Shown here: piece after piece, positions 1 to 11,300 of the stretch
Numbering within the stretch: position 1 is the stretch's first letter
Layout: each line of letters starts with the position of its first letter
Assembly (NCBI RefSeq): GCF_004010195.1
Contig: NC_057749.1
Span: 14,055,078-14,119,077 of the forward strand
Reading direction: 5' to 3'
Length of the DNA: 64,000 nt
From: Chiloscyllium plagiosum
Lineage: Eukaryota
The notes under the pieces: generated by a model
What the model was told of the DNA's origin: nothing
The model's input: only the letters and a program-made list of their open reading frames with translations
The model's database searches: none
Made by a program: the position numbers and the translations under genes

Positions 1-54
1 TTTAAGAACGGAAGTCCTGCTCCAGAACTTGAACCCAGAGTCTTGTGAGGTGGA

Positions 55-264
55 TAAAAATCAAAACACATGCGAATGCTGTAAATCAAACACAAACAAA
101 TTGCTGGAAAAGCTCAGCAGGTGTGGCAGCATCTGTGGAGAGAAATAGTCGACAATTCAAGTTGAGTGACCCTTCCACAGAACTGGAATTGGAACCTTAA
201 CTCAGATTTCTCTCCAAAGGTGCTGCCAGACCTGCTAAGTTTTTCCAGCAATTTCTACTTTTGT
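55..264. mobile_element. Fold-back Penelope-like mini-insertion, family C, degenerate
   Basis: Inverted arms ttgctggaaaagctcagcagg / cctgctaagtttttccagcaa; flanked by gtcttgtga(gg/ca)tgga at 40-54 and 265-279. Confidence 0.7.
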
Positions 265-1709
265 GTCTTGTGACATGGAGATCAGTATGCTAACCACTGA
301 GTCAAATGAGAGGGTAGGACAGGTCATCAATGGTTATAGCATGAAGTGGTAGAGTGCAGGCTTGAACACATTTTGGTGGGGGGGGGGGGGGGGGAATTAT
401 TGAACTCCGCTTTGCCATGAAAGCACCATCTTATCTCTTTATGCTTGCCTACAACTCATGTTTTTAAAAACGTCATTGATGGGTCTTTCACACAGGCTGA
501 CTGCTTAATCTTTGATGTGGGGTAGGATTGAAGACAGTCAAAGAGTATGTTTTGGAACAAATAAAACTGTTATTTGGCTCTACAGAACTGCGTACAGCTA
601 AAAATAGACACACCTTGTCAAAATCTCTCATCTTGAACTCATGTTGACTTTAGTATTCTCGTAAAAAGAAAAGGGGAACAGTGTTTTATATTGTGAGAGA
701 AGAGAATTAGCAAGTGGACTCTGATTGGCCAAGATATTGCTTTGTTAAATGAGCCAGAGAATGGCATGAACATTGCCAGGTGATGTCATTCTCTCAGAAT
801 GCACACCCTTTAGACCGTTCACCGATCAATTCTGCCTATTGAGGGAGTAAAAAGAGGGTTTACTGGATGGAGATGGTGGGACTGATGGATGGGAAAAGAC
901 TGGATCACTTTGGACTATATTCACTAGAGTCTGCAAGAATGATGGGGAATTACCATAGTAACTGGTCAAATACCAGATAGCAATGAGGGGAAAGTAAGAA
1001 GGCTAGTGATCAGTCTGATCATCAGTGGTACTTGCAGGAAAATGAAGCCTTTTGATTAATTTCAGAAAATGTTGTGGCAAATCAAGGTGGTGAAAGCAGG
1101 AACGTGGAGTTGAGGATTACCAGATCAGCCATGAACCCGTTGAATGGCGGAGCAGAACTGCTGGGCCAAATGGCTCACTCCTGCTCCTATATCTTATGGA
1201 CTTCTCCAAAAGACCAATCCTCCATCTCTATGAAGCTTATTAAACTCACATTTTTAGCTGCTTTAAAACATTTCAGATTATTTATACAGGAGGAAATGAG
1301 TGCCATTTTATAACCTAGTAACCCAGGTTAATGGAAAAGTCATGAACAAAATCTTGTTTATGAAGAGAATGAACACTATTTGAACATTTCCTTCTATGAA
1401 ACTCACTCAATGGAAATTTCACTGTGATTGAGCCTTTTTTAAATGACTTGCTTCCAAGTTCTTTTTGTGGTTTATGTAAATTAAATGCAAATATTTTCTC
1501 AGAAAACACACTTGTTTCCAGTTAAAGTTTCCAAAGCAGACGGAGGATAACCGTGTAAAAATGTTTTTTTTTAAACTCTGGCACATAATATTGGACTTCA
1601 AGGTCCAATACAGAAGCTTCAGAGTAGGAATAGACTAATATTCAGGATCAAAAATCCTAATGATGATAATGTGACCCATTGCATTGAATGTTCGGGCAGT
1701 GATATGTAT

Positions 1710-3430
1710 TTGGAGTAGCTGGAGTATTGTTTGCAGTTTTTAATCTGAAGAAGGATGTTATGTCTATTGAGGGAGTACAAAGGAGGTTTACCAGATTGAT
1801 TCCTGGAACAGTGATACTGAGGTGGTTAGGACTATATCGGTAAGGCCACACCTTGTATTGTGTGCAGTTTTGGTCTCCTAGTCTGAAGAAGGATCTTCTT
1901 TGCTATTGAGGGAGTCCAGCGAAGGTTCACCGGACTGATTCCTGGGATGGCAGGACTGATGTGAAGAAAGTCTGGATCAACTGGGTTTGAACTCACTGAA
2001 ATTTAGAAGAATGGGACGTGGGGGAATCTCATAGAAACATAAAATCCTGATGGGGCTGGACAAGCTAGATGCTGGAAGAACATTCCTGATGTTGAGGAAG
2101 TTCCAGAACTAGAGGTCACAGTCTAAGAATAAGGGGTAAGCCATTTAGGATTGAGTTGAGGAAGAATTTCTTCACTCGGAGTTGTGAACCTGGGGAATTC
2201 TTTCCCACAGGAAGCTGTTGGGACCAGTTTGTTAGTTATATTCAAGAGGGAGTTGGATGTAGCCCTTGCAGCTAAAGGGATCAAGGGGTATGGAGAGACA
2301 GCAGGAGTGGGATACTGAAATTGCATGATTATGATCTTCTTAAATGTTAGAGCAGGCTTGAAGGGCCGAATGGCCTACTCCTGCACCAGCTTTTTGTTTG
2401 TGTATTCACTGCAGTTTAATAGAATGAGTGGGGAATCTCATATAACAACCTATAAAATTCGATCAGGCTTAGACTGGGTAGATACAGGAAGGATGTTCCC
2501 AATTTAACTGGGGAGTCCAGAACTAGGAGTCACAGTCTAAGGATAAGGTATAGGCTTTTCAGGAGAGAGTTGGTGGGGAAATTTTGTTCACTCAGTGGTG
2601 AGCCTTTGGAATTCTCTCTGCCTAAGGAAACTATTGAGGCTAAAACATTGAAGGCTTTTAAGAAAGGTATAGATATAGTTCCTAGGGCTAGAGAGTCCAA
2701 AGGATATTGGAAGAAATACACACTGTAGGGATTCTATGATATTCTGTGGAGACTGAGTTGGATGATTAGCCATAATTCTATCGAATGGATACTGGTTGGC
2801 TAGCATTTTTAAAATTAATTCACAGGATGAGGGTGTCACTAGCTAGGCCAGCATTTATTGAGTTTAAAAGCTGGGAGGTTATGTTGCAGCTGTATAGGGT
2901 GCTGGTGAGGCCACACGTGGAGTACTGCGAGCAGTTTTGGTCTCCTTACTTGAGAAGGGATGTACTGGCATTGGAGGGGGTATAGAGGAGGTTCACTAGG
3001 TTGATTTCGGAGTTGAGGGGTTTGGCTTATGAGGACCGACTGAGTAGACTGGGATTATATTCACTAGAATTTAGAAGAATGAGGGGGGATCTTACAGAAA
3101 CATAAAATTATTAAGGGTATAGATAAGATAGACACTCACAGGTGAAACTCTGACAAGAGAGCGAAATTAGGGGGAGCAGATTTAGGACTGAATTGAGAAG
3201 GAATTTCTTTGGCAATCCTCTGGGTAATCTATGGAATTCCCTACCTAGTGAAGTGGTTGAGGCTTCCTCAGTAAATGTTAAGATTTTTTTGAACGGAAAG
3301 AATTAAGAGTTATCCTAAGAGGACAGGTAAGTGGAGCGGAGTCCAGGAAAACATCAGCCATGATCATATTGAATGGCAGAGCAGGCTCAAGGGACCACAT
3401 GGCCTACTCCTGCTCTTGGTACTCATGTTC
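1710..3430 (+). mobile_element. Cluster of 5'-truncated CR1 (HER1-like) LINE 3' ends
   Basis: RT C-terminal remnants ([31 protein letters not shown]) and repeated CR1 3' UTR ggccgaatggcctactcctgc. Confidence 0.85.
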
Positions 3431-4439
3431 TTATTGCCCATCCTTAATTGTCCAGAGGACAATTGAGAATCAACCACATTGCTGTGAGTCTGGAGTTACA
3501 TGTAGGCCAGACCAGGTAAGGATGGCCAATTTCCTTCCCTAAAGGACATTTATTACCCAGGAGAATGTGGTATTGAGGTGCCAACAACAAAGTGGCTGGC
3601 CACCACCATTTCTGAGGGCATTTAAGAGTTAACCACAGTGGCATGAGTCTGGAGTCTAGTCTTCTCTCCAAAGAGCATTACTGAAACCGATGGATTTATA
3701 GATATTTTAGTCAACCTGTTTAGGCATGTTATATCACAACTGTGGAGCTGAGGTAGGGACACGGTCATTGTGTAACATGAGCCCTTGTAATAATCCTACA
3801 ACCCACCTGGTACATTATCTAGCCAGTAGCTTCATTATTCACCAAGAATAATGATTAGCTATTAACTCCAGATTTACTGGTTTAATTCCATTTAAACATG
3901 CCAGCTCAATTGGTGAGATTTGAACTTGTCTCCAGAATGCTAACCTAAAGTTGATAGTGGTAGATTATTGATCAGGAGGGAGAGTGGACATAATAGACAT
4001 CAGATTAGCCATGATTGCAATGAATGGTGGAGCAGGCTCAAGGGGCCGAATGGCCCACTCCTACGTGATCTTGGTTTGTCTGGTGAAGCCATGCCCTGCT
4101 TTCCCACAGGTTTACCTGCTGTAACATTGCTGTAATTTCCATCTCTGGATTTCCCACCTCTGGTTTGTTTTTCTACTCTATGCATTCCGGATTGCCAGCT
4201 TCAGATAAATTTGGCTTTTCAGGCATCCCATAATTTGACTGATCAGGGCGACAGAGTGATCCTGTGACAAACTAAAAACAAGTTTCCGAAATGAGGATTC
4301 CTGAAAATGTCAGACGTCCGTCCGATATTTAAGCAAGGTATAGATATAGTTCCTAGGGCTAGAGAGATCAAAGGATATTGGAAGAAAGTGGGAGCAGTGG
4401 GTTGGATTTCAGTGATCAGTTGTGCCTGTTGCTAGTCCC

Positions 4440-4750
4440 ACTCTGTCTTCTCAGGAAGGGGTCATTGGTGATTGGGTTTAACCCAAAGGTCACCCATGCC
4501 TCAGGGGAGCAGTGAGAATGGGGTCTTTGTGGTAACCTCAGTTAGTATGGGAATTAAACTCTCTCTGTTGCCTTCTGCTATATATTGCAATCCAGCTAAC
4601 TGACACCTCTCCCATTACTGGCTAGGGTTACCGTGGCGGTTCCCCCTTCTCAACTTCACCCCTTTTCCTGAGGCATGGTGACCCCAGGTCAAACCATCAC
4701 CAGTCATCTCTCTCTAAGCAGCCCTACGATCCTCTGGAACTATGGCAACT
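4440..4750. mobile_element. Two opposed fragments of a second tRNA-derived SINE-like family (other copies ~26260-26460, 35400-35610, 44010-44150, 52370-52555)
   Basis: Shared core cctgaggtgtggtgaccctcaggttaaaccaccaccag...gactatggtgacttt. Confidence 0.6.
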
Positions 4751-5914
4751 TTTCTTTTTTTTAAAAGAAAAACTACTTTTTAAAAAATATTAGCCCACTG
4801 TTTATTGTTGTTACTCAATGCTGTCTTTTGGAATTTGGGGCACAGGTCCCCAGGATTTGGAGAAATTCCATCCGTATCGGAATTGAACCCTATCTCACAG
4901 GAAGGGAGTTGAAAATTACTGTTTTGGTGAAGTAAGTGCCCATGGGGTCAATAGTTAGAAATAAGGAAGCTCTGCAGGATCTGGTTGTGTTTTTAAAGTG
5001 ACCCCACTTTTTTTTTATTATTGTTTTGAAATTTGTGAAGTTGAAACTGTCTCCCAGCTCCAGCTCTCTGAGTAAGTAACTCTCCTAGTGAGGACTGAAG
5101 CTAACTCAACGACCCAGTTATCACACACCCTTTCCTAATGTTTCACATTTTATTAATGAGACTGCCTCATACTAGTCAAAAAACCAAAAGGACTGCAGAT
5201 GTTGGAAATTATGAAACAAAACAAATTACTGTGAAACTCCACAGGTCTGGCAACATTTGTGGAGTAAAAGCAGAGTTAATGTTCTGGGTTCAGAGATCCT
5301 TTTTGAAGGACTGTTGTTTGTTTTTTTTTGTCTAATACTGCTATCAAGTACGCTTCTCATTCTTTCTTTTAACACGTCGCATTGTGTGAAGCTGACAAAG
5401 CGTGTTCGTAGTGTTTTACAACAGAAATGGTTTTGAACTGAATCCAGGTTCACACTTTTTAGTGAGCACTTGATATCTGTTAAGCACACTACATGAGTCA
5501 CTGTTTACCAGCTCCTGACATTTTTATATAACAATTTGTGCCCAATTGACCTTTTAATTAAAATATCCATTGTCTGCTCCCTTGTTCCAATGGGTCTTGC
5601 ACATCCCTTCAGACTGCATTAGATGGTAACATTGCTTCCAGAGCTAATTGTTTTCTGAAATTTGTCACTAGCCTGTTATCAGTAGATGTCGTTTGAAGGA
5701 TGTGTCATTGACCTGTTTGGCTGTATTGTGAACGTACCTTTATATGACCAAGTCCCTGGTGTGGGACTCCAACCTGGAGCTTCCTATCTCAGAGCTTCTA
5801 TCTGCAGTCCTCACTTTCTCCTAGCTCAGAGGCAGGGACGCTACCCACGGTGTTGCAAGAACTTCCCAGTTGCAGAGTACACACCGGCCTTTCTAATGAA
5901 TTCCCAGCAACCAG

Positions 5915-6490
5915 TTAGGCTGGAGTACTGTGTACAGTTCTGATCACTACACCATAAGAAGGATGTCATTGCACTAGAGAGGGTGCAGAAGTGATTCATC
6001 AGGATGTTGCCTGGGCTGGAGAAATTAATCCCTGAAAAGAGACTAGACAGACTGGGCTGGTTTTCTTTGGAGCAGACCAAGCTCTGGAGGGGGCAGGGAG
6101 GAATCCAATCGAAGTGAACATAGCTCTGAGGAACATAAAGAGAGAGAAATTCTTCCCAAGTAAAGGGGTCAATAACCAGAGGACACAGGAACAAGAGGTT
6201 TAGAGCTTATTCAAGGCAAAAGTTTTCACCTAGTGGGTGGTGGTCTGGAACTCACTGGCTGAAAGGATGGTGAGAGGCAAGAACTATCAAGACTTTTCAG
6301 ATGTATTCAGATGAGCATTTGAAATGCAGTAGCTACAAGGCTAGGTGTCATGTGCAGTAAATAGGATTAGAATGAATGAATGGATGGATGTTTGAAGAGT
6401 GGCACAGACATAGTCATAGAGATGTACTGCACAGAAACAGACCCTTCAGTCTAACGGGTTGAAGGATCTCTTTCTGTGCTGTAAAACTGA
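5915..6490 (+). mobile_element. Degenerate CR1 LINE 3' fragment
   Basis: ctggagtactgtgtacagttctg...aggatgttgcctgggctggag, typical of the CR1 RT end. Confidence 0.8.
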
Positions 6491-6777
6491 CTCCAACATG
6501 AATCAAACTGGACAACATTAACCAGTCTTCACTGCACAAAAGTTGATTTTTTTTTTTGTCTCCCCCTTACCAATAATCCTCCCCGTTCAAAGAATGGTGA
6601 GAATTTGGAGTTCAATGGTAGGGAGTGGTTTAACAAATAGTTTAGAAGGATTTAGGACCCTCTGAAGAGCATCCCATCCAGCTGCCTACCCTCTCCTTGT
6701 AACCCTGCATTTTGCCTGGCTAATCCACTGAGCCTGCGCGTTCCTGAACACAATGGGAAATTTAGTATACATCATTA

Positions 6778-7100
6778 AGGTGGTACAGTGGCTCAGTGGC
6801 TAGCACTGCGACCTCACAGTGCCAGAGACCTGGATTCGATTCCCACCTTGGGCGACTGTCTTGCACATTCTCCCCGTGTCTGCGTGGGTTTCCTCCGGGT
6901 GCTCCGGTTTCCTCCCACAGTCCAAAGATGTGCAGGTCAGGTGAATTGGCCTTGCTAAATTGCCCATAGTGTTAAGTGCATTAGTCAGGGATAAATATAG
7001 GATAGGGGAATGGGTCTGGGAGGGTTACCCTTTCGAGGGTCAGTGTGGACTTTTTGGGCAAAATGGCCTGTTTACATATTGTAGGGAATCCAATCTAATC
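6778..7100 (+). mobile_element. HE1/V-SINE-like tRNA SINE nested in an older minus-strand copy (6655-7240)
   Basis: A-box tggctcagtgg, B-box gattcgattcc, core gtgggtttcctccgggtgctccggtttcctccc, aatct tail. Confidence 0.85.
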
Positions 7101-8328
7101 TGTTGGTCTTTGGGCTGTGGGAGGAAACCAGAGTACCTGGAGGAAACTCGCACCGATGCAAGAAGAAAGCCACCTGAGGGTAGAATCAAACCTGGGTCCC
7201 AGGCACTGTGAAGCAGCAGTACTAACCGCTGAGCTACCATGCTGTCCAGGTCTCTGGGTACTTACTAATGTGTATGACCTGCTGAAACAGGTTTAAGTGT
7301 AGAACTGTACTGCTGTCGTAAGCTGGGAATGGCAGCCCTCTCCCAAGATAACACCAGATGAGCTCAGATGAAAAATGTCGTCTGCCCATTTGGTCCCGCA
7401 CTTCCTCAACATCATCCCCATCTTCACTGGGAGCAGGTAGACAAGGCCTTACCTTGAAATCCCCTCTAAAGGGCAACACTTTATAACCATGCAAGACCTC
7501 TGTCCTCACGTGTGTGAGACGTGATGATGTGGTCCCATCCTGATGTGGACTTCTAACCCTGAAATGTATGACCATCCTGGAAGAGTAAGGGGAGTAGGTA
7601 GAGAGGAACACCACCACCAAGTCCCATGTCATCCTGATTTGGAACCATATCACTGCTCCTTCAGTGTCAGTGGATCAAATACCTTGCACTCCTATCTAAC
7701 CGCAGGTAACCTGCAGTAATTCAAGGAGATAGCTCACCATCACCTTCTCCATAGCAGTTTGGGCCAGCATTTATTGCTCATTCCTGTCAGTGGCACCCAC
7801 ATTCCCTTCAACAAATAAGATCAAAAGCCGGAAACAAGAGTTACCAATCACAAAGTCACATTACGCACACTACATAGTCAACGCTTAATCTTTTGTGCAG
7901 AGTAAATGGATTAGCCATGAGAAATGCAGAATTACATGGATAGGATAAGGCGGGGGAGGTCTGGGTTGGATGCTCTTTGCAGGGGCAACGTGGATACGAT
8001 GGGCCAAATGACCTGCTTCCACATTGTAGGGATTCTGTGTTAAACTGAGAGAGCTTTACTGTAAAAAGAATAGTCCCCTCATTAGGGAAAAGGTGGAAAG
8101 GATTTGATTAATTGAAAAATGTACTAAGCTTTAAAAAAAACACATTAAGCTCCTGCCGTGCTTTTGATACAATTATATATTTTCAGGGTGATTCACTAGA
8201 GCAATATCTGACAGAATTTGACACTCAGCTGCATAAAGAAATGTTAGGCAGAAGCTTGGCAAAAGAGTTAAGTTTTTAAGGCATATATCTTTTTTTATTG
8301 ATGAAGTCTCCTCTGGTTTCTTTTTCAG

Positions 8329-8363
8329 TACTCTACGAATAGCATTTGACAGTCTAAAGCAAC
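8329..8363 (+). CDS. PSTPIP1: PSTPIP1 exon ~4 (35 nt) [11 protein letters not shown]
   Basis: tttctttttcag|T...C|gtaagt; matches human SLRASFDSLKQ. Confidence 0.92.
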
Positions 8364-11300
8364 GTAAGTAGCAGAGATTGGAATCTGTATTTGTCATATA
8401 CATTTACTTTTACCTTTTTTATGGGATTCTTCTAATGATATCCATTTGCTCAGATGTAAGTATCACCTTGAACCAGGAATGGTTATTTTTATTTATCCCG
8501 TGTATCTCACATCCAGTTACTATGAGCTGCAGGGCTTGGTTACCCTGATCACATACATGAAACTGCACCGATGATCTTGCTGAAACACTCAAAATTCTAG
8601 AGTAGATACGGAATATTGCCCCGGATGGGAGATCCAGAACCAGGAGACACAGTCTCTGAATCATGTGTTGACATGAGGCAGAATTTCTTCACTCAGAGGG
8701 TGGTAAATATTTTTGGGATTCTCTCTCCCCAGAGGACTGTGGAAGCTCAATCATTGGCCGAGTCTAAGGCAGATCAAAAGATCTCTGTCTATGTATTAAA
8801 TATATCAAAGGGGTATGGGAATAGTGTGAAAACGTTACATTGAGGTAAGAGATCAACCATGATCTCGTTGAATTGTGGAGCAGGTTTGAGGGGCTATATG
8901 GCCTCCTCCTGCCCCTGTGTTCACCAATGGAATCTTTATGACTTGAGCCCTTGTGTGGATATCTGAATGTGCAACCTTCTGACCAAGAGCAACTGAGGAA
9001 GCCAAGGGCACCACGATGCATTCTTAATCCTTACACACCAGAAGCTCTTGAGTCTTGGAGGATTTGTATTATCAATTTGCACTTATTTTGCTTGTCTCAG
9101 CTAATGTTGGCTTCCTTATCTTTACATGACATAAATCACCAAGTTCAGCTTGGGGTGGGTTATAGGTGTCATCAGAACTTTTGAGACTAAAATAAGAACA
9201 TTTTCAGGAACTGTGCAAAGTTATTAAATCTAAGAGATTCATCTGTTTTTCCCTTTGTCTCAAACACCCCTTTGCCAATTCATTCGCACCCCACTCCCCA
9301 AAAATGAAACTCATGCTAAAAAGACAATAATTTTGAATCCTTTTCTTGGTTTTATTGGACCTTCACCACAAGGAATCCAACGTTGTTTTAAAAAAACAAG
9401 CTTCGACACTCTGAATATTTACTTTTTAAATCCCTGATGGAAAATAATGTTTTCCCACTTTTGGGAGAAAGTGAGGACTTCAGATGTTAGAGATTGGAGT
9501 TGGGAGTGTGGTGCTGGAAAAGCACAGCAGGTCAGGTAGCATCCGAGGAGCAGGAGAGTCAGTGTTTTGGGCATAAGCCCTTCATCAGGGATGAGGCTAG
9601 TGGGGCTGGGGTAAGGCAATTGGGAATATGTTAGGTAAATGGAGGTAGGGGCGAAGGAAACGGTGCCACCCTCTCAACCTGTCCATCACCTTTCCCATCT
9701 ATCCTCTCCACCCTCCTCTCCGATTCATCACCTTTTCCCCCACATTCATCTACCTACTGCATTCCCAGCTACCTTTTTGAACCCCCCCCCTTAAGCCCCA
9801 CCCCTCTCCCATTTATCTCTCAGCCCTCTGACCACAAGCCTCATTACTGATGAAGGGCTTATGCCTGAAACGTTGATTCTCTTGTTCCTCAGATGCTGCC
9901 TGACCTGCTGTGCTTTTCCCACTTTTGTCTAATATTGCTTTCCTGGCCCTCATTGAAAATTAGGAATTAAAATCTCCTTGGTGTCAAAAAGATTCCCCAT
10001 AATCGAACCAGGTCAGCCCTCCAGCACAGGCCTAATGGGCTGAATCACAGAATCCCTACAGTGCGGAAGCAGGCCATTCACCCCATCAAGTCCACACTGA
10101 CACACACCGAGCATCCCTAGAGCCACCCCATTGCCATATCCCTGTAACTTTGCATTTCCTATGAATAATCCATCCAGCCTGTACATCCCTGGACACTATG
10201 GGCAATTTCCCATGGCCAATCCACTATAACCTGCACACCTTTGGACTGTGCAAGGAAATCTGAGCACCTAGAGGAAACCCACGCAGACACTGGGAGAGCA
10301 TACAAACTCCACACCGTCACCTGACGGTGGAATCGAACCACGGTCCCTGCTGTTGTGAGGCAGCAGTGCTGACCACTGAGCCAATGTATCACCCCATTAA
10401 GCTGCAGTGACTTTGCTGGCAGTGTGGTAGAACCAGGTATGTACATATAGCCTCAAGACATTCTGATTTCCCCAGTGAAATCTGATTGGGATTTTGTTTA
10501 CCAAACTGGGTGGCACGGTGACTCAGTGGTTAAAACTGCTGCCTCACAGCGCCAGAGACCCAGGTTCATTTCCAGCCTCTGGTGACTGTCTGTCTGTGTA
10601 GAGTTTGCACAAACATTCTCCAAGTGCCTGCGTGGGTTTCCTCTGGGTGCTCTGGTTTCCTCCCACAGCCTAAAACTGTGCAGCTAAGGGTGGATTGGCT
10701 ATGCTAACTTGCCCCATAGAGTCCAGGGATGTGTAGATTAGGTGCATTAGTCAAGGAAAATGTAGAGTAATAGGGTAGTGTAATGGGTCTGGGTGAGATA
10801 GTTCCCGGAGGGTTGGTGTGGACTTGTTGGGCCGCAAGGCCTATTTCCACACTGTAGGAACTCTAATTTTCCTAATTCTACCCCCAAATACCATTTGTCT
10901 TTTAATGGACCGGTGCATTAAGTAGCAAATCAGCTGGAGCAAGAAGGTACCACTTTGCTGTGAGCGGCTTTTCACGTGTGCTTGAGTTTACTGGGCAGCG
11001 GTGAGGGTGACACCCGAGGGCAGTGTGACTATTTGTGTGAGCAACTGGTCAAGGTCAAACCACAACACGGTTCAGTCATGGGTGCTTCCATTCAGTGTGA
11101 CTCAGATGGACACTCTAGCACTAAATTCAAACATCTCCCCCTGTAATCCCCAACAATATCAGAAGAAACTGTCCATTAGGAGTGTATTTGAGGAGTAAGG
11201 TGATCTACCAATTCTTTAATTTTTGTTGATTGCATAGAGTAGACAGAGTGCATATTTTGTTTCAGAATTGGAAAACATTGGAAATCTACACATTCAGCTG

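Noticed and set aside
377..394. Poly-G runs (also ~56123-56145) as G-quadruplexes
   Set aside because: Simple homopolymers with no further support.
1..8328. Search for PSTPIP1 exons 1-3 (e.g. AQAEERYGKEL)
   Set aside because: No matching spliceable segment found by eye; probably upstream of the window.
9395..9420. SFDTLN peptide resembling exon 4 (SFDSLK)
   Set aside because: No splice sites; the true exon is at 8329-8363.
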